Shown in pieces: positions 14,653 through 23,098 of a DNA stretch of 26,984 bases. This DNA is from a bacterium (GTDB lineage: Bacteria > Desulfobacterota > DSWW01), in contig JBFLZG010000071.1 of the NCBI GenBank assembly GCA_040756235.1, positions 1 through 26,984 of the forward strand, given 5' to 3'. The notes under the pieces were generated by a model, which did no database searches, was not told where the DNA came from, and saw only the letters and a program-made list of their open reading frames with translations. Position 1 is the first letter of the stretch, and each line of letters begins with the position of its first letter. The position numbers and the translations under genes were made by a program.

Positions 14653-16131
14653 TCAGCCGCCCCTGGCCTCCCGCGCGAGGAATGCTTGCCTTTCTGCAAG
14701 GAGGGAAAAGGTCTGGACCGCGTCGTCGATCTCCGGGTAGAGCACGATCCGGCGCTCGATGATCCGGAGCAGCCCCGGGTAGCGCCTCCTGACCGCCAGC
14801 CGGGCCACGGGCGAGTGGATGAGCAGGGGCTTGTCGCAGCTTGTGGCGTAATCCGCCAATTTTTGGCAAAAATCCACGTCCCGGTCCACGAGGAACTGGA
14901 TGTCCTTGCGGTCCGATTCGCGAAAGTCCCGAGTCGCATACACCGGGTCGAGCGCGTTGTAGAGCCAGCCCGCGCTGAGGAAGATCACTCCGTCCACCTC
15001 GCCGCTCTCCATCAGGATCGGGATAAGATCCATGGGGCCGCCGTGGGCGCCCAGGTTGCCCACCATGTCCACGGGGTTGTTGGGCGACCACCAGGGCGGC
15101 AGGTGCTTGCGCAGCTTCTCGACGGTTGCGTCGGAGAGCCGCACGAGGTTGAGTCCTCTCTTCGCTGCCGCGTCGGCCGAGAGCACCCCGTAGCCGCCGC
15201 CGCCCGTGACGATGCCGAGCCGTCGTCCGGCCGGCAGAGAGGTCGAAACGAAGGCCGCGGCCAGGATGGCCGCCTGTTCCGCGGTCTCCGCGCGGACGAT
15301 GCCCGCCTGACGGCACAAGGACGAGAACACGTGGTCCGATCCGGCCATGACCCCCGTGTGGCTGGCCGCGGCCCGGGTGCCGGCCTCGGTTCTCCCGCCC
15401 TTGAGCAGCACGATCGGCTTGGCCAGCGAGGCCTTCTTGGCGGATTCGAAGAATTTCCTCCCGTCCTCGATGCCTTCGATGTAGAGCAGGACGACCTGGG
15501 TATCCGGGTCCGCGGCAAAGTACCCGAGGTAGTCGCCCCAGCCCAGGTCCGCGCAGTTGCCCGCCGATATCACCTTGGAACAGCCGAACCCGAGCTCGGC
15601 CAGCTGCTCCGCGAGCGCGGTGGACACGTTCCCGCTCTGGCTGGCGATCCCGACCGATCCGTGGGCCGGCCTGAAAATGGGCAGCCAGGGATAGAGCTTG
15701 TTCTCGGGCACCGCGATCCCCTGGCCGTTGGGACCCACGAGGACCATGCCCCCGGCCTTGGCCCTGCGGATCATCTCATCCTGCAGGACACGGCCCTCCG
15801 GGCCCAGCTCCGAGAACCCGGCCGTGATCACCACGCCCGCCCCCACCCCCTTGCGGACGCAGTCTGAAATGGCTTCCGGCACGAGGTGCGCCGGGATCGT
15901 GAAGATCGCGAGGTCGACATCGGCGGGGATGGAGGAGACGTCCGGATAGGCCTTGTACCCTTGAATCTCCTGCTCGCCCGGGTTGACCGGGTAAATCTCG
16001 CCCTCGTAGCCGCCCTTGCGCAGATTCCTGAAGACGATCCCTCCCCACTTCATCCGCTTGTTGGAAGCGCCCACGAAGGCGATCGAGCGGGGCGAAAAAA
16101 TCTTTTCCATGGCTCGGATACGGTCGTTCAC
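14653..16131 (-). CDS. Acyl-CoA ligase/synthetase (NDP-forming), alpha-type subunit (CoA-binding and ligase domains, no ATP-grasp)
   Basis: FSPRSIAFVGAS, IYPVNP, ITAGFSE, LVGPNGQG, SQSG, LYIEG, KGGRTEAGTRAAASHTG (phospho-His), NNPVDM; GTG 16131 follows AGGAG. Confidence 0.9.
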   Translation of the reverse strand: MNDRIRAMEKIFSPRSIAFVGASNKRMKWGGIVFRNLRKGGYEGEIYPVNPGEQEIQGYKAYPDVSSIPADVDLAIFTIPAHLVPEAISDCVRKGVGAGVVITAGFSELGPEGRVLQDEMIRRAKAGGMVLVGPNGQGIAVPENKLYPWLPIFRPAHGSVGIASQSGNVSTALAEQLAELGFGCSKVISAGNCADLGWGDYLGYFAADPDTQVVLLYIEGIEDGRKFFESAKKASLAKPIVLLKGGRTEAGTRAAASHTGVMAGSDHVFSSLCRQAGIVRAETAEQAAILAAAFVSTSLPAGRRLGIVTGGGGYGVLSADAAAKRGLNLVRLSDATVEKLRKHLPPWWSPNNPVDMVGNLGAHGGPMDLIPILMESGEVDGVIFLSAGWLYNALDPVYATRDFRESDRKDIQFLVDRDVDFCQKLADYATSCDKPLLIHSPVARLAVRRRYPGLLRIIERRIVLYPEIDDAVQTFSLLAERQAFLAREARGG

Positions 16132-16182
16132 GGGGACACCCTCCTGGAGCGAGAGGCTGGGTGGAACCAACGAAAGTGAGCC

Positions 16183-16212
16183 ATGATACAGAAAACGGGC
16201 GGAGGCTGTCGA
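16183..16212 (-). promoter_or_regulatory. Candidate sigma70 promoter for the acyl-CoA ligase gene
   Basis: Minus strand TCGACA - 18 bp - TATCAT, about 50 bp upstream of the start. Confidence 0.35.
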
Positions 16213-16358
16213 TTCGTGCGGAGTTCCTCGAGGTTGTCCACCGGTCAGCGCGAGATCGGGTGCGGTGGGTGCGCCGCCACAATCGATGGCCCTCGAATAC
16301 CCGGTCCGTCAGGCGCGTGCCCCCCCTAGCCACCCGGTTTCAAGATGGGACACTGCCT

Positions 16359-16399
16359 GAGGCTGGTGAGAAATGCCCAGATGCAAGGCACGCGAAACC
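16359..16399 (-). repeat. Right-end fragment of the 127-bp structured repeat, inverted
   Basis: GAGGCTGGTGAGAAATGCCCAGATGCAAGGCACGCGAA is nearly the reverse complement of about 14334-14371. Confidence 0.8.
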
Positions 16400-16413
16400 C
16401 TGGTGTCATAATT

Positions 16414-16527
16414 CGTCATCCCGGCCCCCCTGCGGAGCGCGTGTGAGCCGGGATCCAGCAGGGTGCACCGAAACCACCCGGAGTAAGTGGGCACAGGGAC
16501 TGGATTCCGGCCTTCGCCGGAATGACG
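16414..16527 (-). repeat. CGTC-type REP doublet, inverted homolog of 10061-10173
   Basis: CGTCATCCCGGC...GTGTGAGCCGGGATCCAG - 35 bp - CAGGGACTGGATTCCGGCCTTCGCCGGAATGACG. Confidence 0.85.
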
Positions 16528-16762
16528 GAATCATCTGGCTGCGCCGCAGGGCGCTCCGGAATGAGCGGTCGCATGAAGGGTCTGACCAGGCCGTGGCCGG
16601 GATGACCCGCCCGAAGGGCGGTGGTCTCCGACCCTTGGGAGGAAGAGCCGGAGCGTTCTGAGCCCGAGACGAGCGAGGGCGGGGCACCCACTGCACGCGA
16701 TCTTGCCCCGGTTGGTGGACACGCCTGCGGCTTTGTCCACAACCTCAAGTGGCAGCGGCCGC

Positions 16763-17530
16763 TCAGCCGATGCCGCGGACCGTGCACTGCCCGAAGCAGC
16801 CCGCGAGCTCGGCGGCGATCTCCTTCAGGTAATCGGGCGGGTACGGTTCGAGGTTCTGCAGGCCGGGGTCCAGCGTACGGCCGGGCCGGAACTGCTGCAG
16901 GAAATAGCGGGGAGCGCCCTTCAGCCAACGGCCGATGGCGACCAGATCCTCGCGCTCGAGGAGCCCCGGGACCACCGTGGTCCTGAGCTCGTAGGGGATA
17001 CCGGACTGCCGCAGGAGCCCGAGCGTGGTCTCGACGTCCTGGGTCAGAGAGTCCTCCCGGGCCCCTGTGCCCGCGACGGCTGCGATCTTTCCCGGCGGAC
17101 CCTTGATGTCGACGGCTACGTAATCGAGGAGCCTCTGCCGCAGGAGCCGTCCCAAGGGCTCGGGCAGAGAGCCGTTGGTGTCGAGCTTCACTTTCAGTCC
17201 GAGGTTCCGGACGGCGCGGCACAGGCCTTCGAGCCCGGGCTGGAGCAGCGGCTCGCCCCCGGTGATGCACACTCCCTCCAGGAGCCGGCTGTACGTGTCC
17301 AGGTATGAGAGGATCTTCTCCGGATCCTCGAGCTCCTCGGAGCCGTGGTCAGGGGGCGCTACCAGACCCGGATTGTGGCAGTAGGCGCACCGGAAGTTGC
17401 ACCCGGGCAGGAACAGGGTGGAAGCGACCCTGCCCGGAAAATCCAGCAGCGATGTTCTCACCCACCCGGAGATCCGGACCTGGAGCCGGAAGTCCGCGCT
17501 CTCGTCGTCCGGCTTCAGCAGGGAGGACAT
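16763..17530 (-). CDS. nrdG: Anaerobic ribonucleotide reductase activating protein (radical SAM)
   Basis: TSLLDFPGRVASTLFLPGCNFRCAYCHNP (CxxxCxxC), ITGGEP, KLDTNGS, YELRTTVVP; starts at ATG 17530, overlapping the nrdD stop. Confidence 0.92.
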   Translation of the reverse strand: MSSLLKPDDESADFRLQVRISGWVRTSLLDFPGRVASTLFLPGCNFRCAYCHNPGLVAPPDHGSEELEDPEKILSYLDTYSRLLEGVCITGGEPLLQPGLEGLCRAVRNLGLKVKLDTNGSLPEPLGRLLRQRLLDYVAVDIKGPPGKIAAVAGTGAREDSLTQDVETTLGLLRQSGIPYELRTTVVPGLLEREDLVAIGRWLKGAPRYFLQQFRPGRTLDPGLQNLEPYPPDYLKEIAAELAGCFGQCTVRGIG

Positions 17531-20097
17531 GCGCGGTCTCGGTGAAGCAGTTGCTGGATCTCCTGGAGCCCGGCGGCCCACCCCAGGACCTGGCCTTCCT
17601 TGTCCACCTTGAGGAGGATGGGCAGGTCCATCTCGCCGTTCGTGTTGCGCTGCAGGCGCTTGCGGATCTGCCGGTAGTACAGGGTGAAGAGCTTGCGCCC
17701 CGTGGCTTCCTGGAGGTCGTAGATTTCCGTGGACAGGTTGCTCGCGGTGAGCTCCTCCCGGGCCTGCTCGCACATCCGGCAGCTCGGCTTGGTGAAGAGC
17801 TTCCAGTCGCTCGAGCCGTTGCGCGGGCGCGAGGAGCGGTCCTTGCGCGCCGCCTCGAGCTCGAATACCGGTATGCTGAGGACTCCCTTGCCGGGGAGTC
17901 CGGCCCCCTTCTCCGCAGTCCGCTCGGGCAGCTTGACCGGCTCCGGCTTCACCGCCCCTTCGGCAGCATCCCGCCCGTCGAGCCGGACCTGGAACATCTG
18001 CCGGGCCCGGTACTCCTCGGCCTTGCCTTTGTTCCAGTTCTTCACGGGCCGGTAATAGCCCACGATCCGGGCATAGACCTCGGTTTCCTTGCCGCAGTGA
18101 GAGCAGACCTGCTGCTCCCCTTTCAGGTAGCCGTGATCGGTGCAGACCGAGAAGGTGGGCGAGATCGTGTAGTAGGGGACTCGATAGCTCTCGGCCACGG
18201 ACCTGACGAGCTTCTTGCAGGCCTCGGTATCCTCGATGCTCTCTCCCAGGAAGCAGTGGAAGACCGTCCCTCCCGTGTACTTCATCTGCAGCTCTTCCTG
18301 GATATCCAGGGCGCGGAAGAGGTCGGCCGTGTGCTCCACCGGGAGCTGGGTCGAATTCGTGTAGTAAGGGTCGTCCTTGCCGGCCGTCAGGATGCCCGGG
18401 AAGCGCTCCTTGTCGATCTTGGCCAGCCGGTAGGAGGTGGACTCGGCCGGCGTGGCTTCCAGGTTGTACAGGTTGCCGGTGGACTCCTGGTAGGAGATGA
18501 GCCTCTCCCTCATCGTATCCAGCACGCTCAGGGCGAACTCCCTCCCTTCCTGGCTCGTCAGGTCCGTGTCGTTCAGGTTGCGGCAGCACTCGTTCATGCC
18601 GACCAGCCCGATCGTGGAAAAGTGGTTGTCCCAGGTCCCGAGATAGCGCTTCGAGTAGGGGAACAGCCCCTCGCCCATGAGGCGCGTGATCACCCGGCGC
18701 TTGATTTCCAGAGAATCGCGCGCCATGTCCATGACGTGTGCCAGGCGGCCGTCGAACTCCTCACGGGAGCGGGAAAGAAAGCCGATGCGGGGCAGATTGA
18801 TGGTCACGACGCCGATCGAGCCGGTCAGCTCCGCTGCGCCGAACAGGCCTCCGCCTTTCTTCTTCAGCTCCCGCTTGTCGAGTTGGAGGCGGCAGCACAT
18901 GGAGCGGACGTCGCCCGGCTTGAGGTCGCTGTTGAGGAAGTTCTGGAAGTAGGGAGTCCCGTACTTGGCGGTCATGCCGAACAGGAGCTCGGCGTTCTCG
19001 CTGTCCCAGTCGAACTCGGGGGTGATGTTGTAGGTGGGGATGGGGTAAGGGAATCCGCGGCTGGCCGCGTCGCCCTCCATCATCACCTCGAGGAAAGCCC
19101 GGTTGATCCAGTCCATCTCCTTCTGGTAGTCACCGTAGCAGGTCTGCTGGGGCTTGCCGCCGATGATGACCGGCTCATCCTTGAGGTCGTTGGGCACGAC
19201 CCAGTCCAGGGTGATGTTCGTAAAGGGCGCCTGGGAGCCCCAGCGGCTGGGGGTGTTCACGCCGAAGATGAAGCTCTGGATGTTCTGTTTCACGTCCCGG
19301 TAGGTGATCTTGTCGTGCCGGACGAAGGGCGCCAGGTAGGTGTCGAAGCTCGAGAAGGCCTGGGCGCCGGCCCACTCGTTCTGCAGCACGCCCAGGAAGT
19401 TGACCATCTGCGCGACGAGCGTGCTCAGGTGCCGCGCCGGCAGGGAGCTGATCTTGTTGGGCACGCCGCCCAGTCCCTCGAGCAGGAGCTGGCGCAGGCT
19501 CCAGCCCGCGCAGTACCCCGAGAACATGCTCAGGTCATGGATGTGCATCGTACCGTTGCGGTGCGCCTGGGCGATGTCCCTCGTGTAGATGTGGTTGAGC
19601 CAGTAGTTGGCGGTCACCGCTCCCGAGTTGTGCAGGATCAGCCCGCCCAGGGAGTAATTCACGTTGCTGTTTTCCCGCACCCGCCAGTCCTGCTGGTTCA
19701 GGTACCCGTCCATGGTGTTGCGGATGTCCAGGAGCAGGTTCTTGGTGTCGCGGATGCGGGCATGCTGTTCACGGTAGAGGATGTAGGCCCGGACGGTCTT
19801 GGCATGTCCTCTTTGGATCAGCGTCTCTTCGACGATGTCCTGGATCTGCTCGACCGCCGGGATCGACCTGCGGTGGAACTGCTTGACCACCGAGTCGCAA
19901 ACCTCGTTTGAGCAGCGAATCGCCTCGTCCACGTCCTCCAGACCGACGGCGCGCATGGCCTTGACGATCGCCTGCGTGATCCTCTCCTGATCGAATGGGA
20001 CGATCTTGCTGTCCCGCTTGCGAATGCAATAATTGTCGTCTCCCAGGTGCAGAAACTTCGATGGCTCGGTGGCAGCTTTCACCCGGTTCACCTGCAT
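17515..20097 (-). CDS. nrdD: Class III (anaerobic) ribonucleoside-triphosphate reductase with N-terminal ATP-cone and C-terminal glutaredoxin-like domain
   Basis: ATP-cone (IRKRDSKIVPFD...VEQIQDIVE), HIHDL, GYCAGW, RSMCCRL, EATPAES, Zn site CTDH...CSHC, glycyl-radical motif RIVGYY; ATG 20097 follows AGGAGAGG. Confidence 0.96.
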   Translation of the reverse strand: MQVNRVKAATEPSKFLHLGDDNYCIRKRDSKIVPFDQERITQAIVKAMRAVGLEDVDEAIRCSNEVCDSVVKQFHRRSIPAVEQIQDIVEETLIQRGHAKTVRAYILYREQHARIRDTKNLLLDIRNTMDGYLNQQDWRVRENSNVNYSLGGLILHNSGAVTANYWLNHIYTRDIAQAHRNGTMHIHDLSMFSGYCAGWSLRQLLLEGLGGVPNKISSLPARHLSTLVAQMVNFLGVLQNEWAGAQAFSSFDTYLAPFVRHDKITYRDVKQNIQSFIFGVNTPSRWGSQAPFTNITLDWVVPNDLKDEPVIIGGKPQQTCYGDYQKEMDWINRAFLEVMMEGDAASRGFPYPIPTYNITPEFDWDSENAELLFGMTAKYGTPYFQNFLNSDLKPGDVRSMCCRLQLDKRELKKKGGGLFGAAELTGSIGVVTINLPRIGFLSRSREEFDGRLAHVMDMARDSLEIKRRVITRLMGEGLFPYSKRYLGTWDNHFSTIGLVGMNECCRNLNDTDLTSQEGREFALSVLDTMRERLISYQESTGNLYNLEATPAESTSYRLAKIDKERFPGILTAGKDDPYYTNSTQLPVEHTADLFRALDIQEELQMKYTGGTVFHCFLGESIEDTEACKKLVRSVAESYRVPYYTISPTFSVCTDHGYLKGEQQVCSHCGKETEVYARIVGYYRPVKNWNKGKAEEYRARQMFQVRLDGRDAAEGAVKPEPVKLPERTAEKGAGLPGKGVLSIPVFELEAARKDRSSRPRNGSSDWKLFTKPSCRMCEQAREELTASNLSTEIYDLQEATGRKLFTLYYRQIRKRLQRNTNGEMDLPILLKVDKEGQVLGWAAGLQEIQQLLHRDRACPPC

Positions 20098-20172
20098 GGA
20101 CCGCCCTCTCCTTTTCGAGGCTTTCCCTACCGGTAGATCCGCTTTCAAATCAGACACTTAGAGGGAAGATAG

Positions 20173-20219
20173 AAACTACAGGTTGTGGTCGGCAGATACC
20201 GGTCTACTATATATTGTTG
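20173..20219. promoter_or_regulatory. Tandem NrdR boxes
   Basis: AAACTACAGGTTGTGG (20173-20188) and CTACTATATATTGTTG (20204-20219) fit acaCwAtATaTwGtgt; their starts are 31 bp apart; upstream of nrdD. Confidence 0.88.
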
Positions 20220-20233
20220 TTTCGGACTGTCAA
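20206..20233 (-). promoter_or_regulatory. sigma70 promoter of nrdDG
   Basis: Minus strand TTGACA (20233-20228), 16 bp, TATAGT (20211-20206); the -10 lies inside an NrdR box. Confidence 0.65.
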
Positions 20234-20689
20234 GAAAAAAAGCGCCGCATACGCTTCCCGGCCTTGGAGTTGATCCTCCGCGGCACGGGAAAGGCGAGCA
20301 GAATAGAGAAGTTTCCTCGAGCAACTTTTTTTTCGCGCGCAGGCCGGCGAGAGGCTCGGGAGGGGGTCGCGTTCGCGGCAGGGCGTGCGCGTTCAGGCGG
20401 CCAGCCTCTCGGGGAGCCAAAAAGATCGGGTCGGCTGCAACGATCCCCGGGTCTCTTGCTTCCAGACCATGAGCCATTCACCGCGCCGGCTTTACCGCCC
20501 CGAATATCCTGCGCTCGATCGGGAAAGCGGTGCGACCGCAGAGCCCGTATGCCTTTGCGGACATCTTCAAGCGCTTCACCGCCTCCGTCCGAGGGACCGC
20601 TTCCAGGTGACAGGCCGAAGGTCGAGGGGCGTCTCGGCACCGCCTTGAACCGGGCCCTCTCAGAACATCGGCCGTCCTCGTCTTCGAAA

Positions 20690-20718
20690 TTGAGGCAAGG
20701 CCGAAAACCGTGTATAAG
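20690..20718 (+). promoter_or_regulatory. Candidate promoter of the yvcK-glmU-like-glmM-nagB operon
   Basis: TTGAGG - 17 bp - TATAAG, about 85 bp upstream of ATG 20802. Confidence 0.4.
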
Positions 20719-20801
20719 AAGCCTTCTGGAATTTTCGCCGGGCGCTTGGCGGGAGCGCCGGCTCGGGCAGGAGAATCGGGGCGGGCCGGGAGGTCGAATC
20801 G

Positions 20802-23018
20802 ATGTTCTTGCGGGGAACGAACGAATCCGAGCTCGGTCCTCTCGTGGAGCAGCTTCTGGAGGCCGTGCTGAACGGAGCAGCCCCGGAGGGGACGCACGGC
20901 AGCTCGGTGGCGCGTCTGGCTCACGAGGTCCGCGCCTTCGAGGGCAGGAACACGCGGGTCGTGACTTTTGGAGGCGGAACCGGGCTCTCGACCGTGGTCG
21001 GCGGCAATCCTCAGCTGGAGGACTGGCCCGACAGCCCCTTCATGGGGCTCAAGCAGGAGTTCCCTCTCCTGCAAGTCGTGGTGTGCACGACCGACGACGG
21101 GGGCTCGACCGGGCTGCTCCTGCAGCAGTTGCCCATCATCGGGGTCGGCGATCTCCGCAAGTCGCTCGTGGCGCTCATCTTGCGTGAAAACCTCCAGGCC
21201 GCCTACGGCCTGGACGACGCGCAGGCAGGCCGGCTCGTGCGCGTCATTCACCGCATCTTCAACCACCGGTTCCCGATCGGCTGGAGCGATTTCAGGCCCG
21301 TGGCGAACCCGCTCCTGGTGGTGCCCAGAGAGCTGAGGAGGCATTGCCCCGAGCCCCTTGCCAGGCTCTTCCGCACGCTGGGCGGACACGTGGCCCCGGG
21401 CGGCGCCGGCCCGACCATTCGGCCGGGAGGCCACTGCCTGGGCAACCTGATCCTGGTCGCTTCCATCTTCCGGTCCTCCGGCGGCACGGGGAAGCGCCCG
21501 CCGGGAGCCCGCGCCGTGGAAAAGGGGTTGGAGGTCCTCGCCAGGGCCATGGGGGTCAAGCCCGGCTGTCTGCATCCCGCGACGCCGACCCCGGGCCAGC
21601 TCGTCCTGAGATACAGAAACGGGGTGGCCGTGCGCGGGCAGAGGAAGTCGGGCCTGAGCCGGCGCGGGTTCCCCATCGACCGTTTGTCCGTGGAGTTCTG
21701 CGGAAACCCTGCGGTGAGCGGCCGGCTCTGCAACATGATCCGGGAGGCGGACCTGATCCTGTTCGCCCCGGGCAGCCTGTACACGAGCATCATGCCGATC
21801 ATGCAGGTGCCGCCGATCGCGGATGCGATCCGGGAGAACCGGAAGGCCCTGAAGATCCTGGGCGCCAACTTCTGGATTCAGGAGGGCGAGACCGACATAT
21901 CCGCGCGCAGCGGCGACCGCGGGTTTCATGTGTCCGAGCTGGTGGAGGCCTATGATCAGAATGTCCCGGGCGGCGCGGAGGGGTTGTTCGACGTCGTGCT
22001 CAGCGCCAACCTCGAGCACATCCCGGGCAACGTGCTGTGCAACTACGCCCTGGAGGGCAAGAGCCCCATCTACCTCGACCGCGACCGGGTGGAAGCGCTC
22101 GGGCTGCTTCCCCTGGAGGCGACCGTCTACTCCACGGAACGGCTCAGGGTCGCCAGCGTGATCCATCACGACCCGCGGAAGTTCGCCTCTGCGGTGCGGG
22201 TGCTGCTGTTCGCGCACCAGAGGCTCGGCCTGAAACGCCGCCCGGCCCGCGCCGCCCGCCGGCTCATGCCTGCGGCGGCCTCGGCCTTCGAGCGCGCTCC
22301 CGCTCTGTGCTCCTACCGGAGGGCGGTAGGCTCGCTCCTGGCGCAAAAGCGGTTTTCGCCGCCGGGCCTTCGATCCACCCTGGAGGCGATGATCTGGGAG
22401 AACCGGGACATCCGCCCCGAGCACCTCGAGCTCTTCCGCGCAGTGCGGGTGGTCCCTGCGGGGAGGTGGAACAGGAGCAAGGAGTGGGACAATGTCCTGG
22501 GATACTACGACCCCGAGGACGGAGCCCTGAAGATCCACGAGCAGGCGTGCCGCGATCCCGAGCGGCTCCTGGACAACCTGCTGATCGCCCTCGGCGAGTC
22601 GCTGCTCGGCCGCTATCTGGAGTCGCGCCGGTGGATCGAGGAGGAAGCCGGGGCAGGGTGGGGGGCGCGGTCCTATGAAATCAGGCTGCGTCCGCTGCGG
22701 GAGCGGCAGTGCTACCTGGACGACGCGAGCCTGCGCGCGTATCTGACCCTCGCTCGCATGGTTCCGAGCCCCCATGACCGGCGCACGTTCCGGATCACGC
22801 TGAACGACGGGGAAGGGTTCGTGCCTCCGGGCCTGCTGTTCGGTCTCCTTTATGCCTGGTACTTGAACAACGCTTACGGGAACATCATGGAATACGAGAT
22901 GTCGCTGCTGCGGTGGCCGCCGGAGAAGCTGATCCCCTGCCAGCTGGAAGAGCGTACCCGCAAGCAGGCGCTCGTCAACTTCTTCCGGAACGCCGTGTTC
23001 AGGCACGCCGGCGGATGA
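20802..23018 (+). CDS. YvcK/GlmR (CofD-related) family protein with a long C-terminal extension (738 aa)
   Basis: FGGGTGLS, TTDDGGSTG, GDLRK, GHCLGNLIL, ADLILFAPGSLYTSIMP, HHDP; about 270 extra C-terminal residues; GGAGG RBS. Confidence 0.88.
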   Translation: MFLRGTNESELGPLVEQLLEAVLNGAAPEGTHGSSVARLAHEVRAFEGRNTRVVTFGGGTGLSTVVGGNPQLEDWPDSPFMGLKQEFPLLQVVVCTTDDGGSTGLLLQQLPIIGVGDLRKSLVALILRENLQAAYGLDDAQAGRLVRVIHRIFNHRFPIGWSDFRPVANPLLVVPRELRRHCPEPLARLFRTLGGHVAPGGAGPTIRPGGHCLGNLILVASIFRSSGGTGKRPPGARAVEKGLEVLARAMGVKPGCLHPATPTPGQLVLRYRNGVAVRGQRKSGLSRRGFPIDRLSVEFCGNPAVSGRLCNMIREADLILFAPGSLYTSIMPIMQVPPIADAIRENRKALKILGANFWIQEGETDISARSGDRGFHVSELVEAYDQNVPGGAEGLFDVVLSANLEHIPGNVLCNYALEGKSPIYLDRDRVEALGLLPLEATVYSTERLRVASVIHHDPRKFASAVRVLLFAHQRLGLKRRPARAARRLMPAAASAFERAPALCSYRRAVGSLLAQKRFSPPGLRSTLEAMIWENRDIRPEHLELFRAVRVVPAGRWNRSKEWDNVLGYYDPEDGALKIHEQACRDPERLLDNLLIALGESLLGRYLESRRWIEEEAGAGWGARSYEIRLRPLRERQCYLDDASLRAYLTLARMVPSPHDRRTFRITLNDGEGFVPPGLLFGLLYAWYLNNAYGNIMEYEMSLLRWPPEKLIPCQLEERTRKQALVNFFRNAVFRHAGG

Positions 23019-23098
23019 GCCGAGGGAGGAAGGGCGGTCTGTCGGTTGAACGGCTCGTCCGGCAGGCTCGCCCGGTCCAGGCCTTCGAGGAGGAGTCG

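Noticed and set aside
16763..18589. 608-aa ORF suggesting a long NrdG fusion or programmed frameshift
   Set aside because: The first ~350 aa are an alternative frame of nrdD with low-complexity Pro/Gly/Arg content; NrdG homology starts near ATG 17530, which overlaps the nrdD stop.
17305..19911. 868-aa plus-strand ORF
   Set aside because: Antisense shadow of nrdD, expected in high-GC DNA; no motifs.
20240..20800. Riboswitch, glmS ribozyme or small gene in the long divergent intergenic region
   Set aside because: No recognisable conserved motif by eye and the ORFs look non-coding; an Rfam/Infernal scan would be needed to exclude an RNA.
20478..23006. 842-aa minus-strand ORF (and similar ones at 3931-5397, 4791-6431, 11619-13244, 14344-15867, 22874-24547, 25800-26975)
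   Set aside because: Antisense shadows of well-supported genes, with no recognisable domains.
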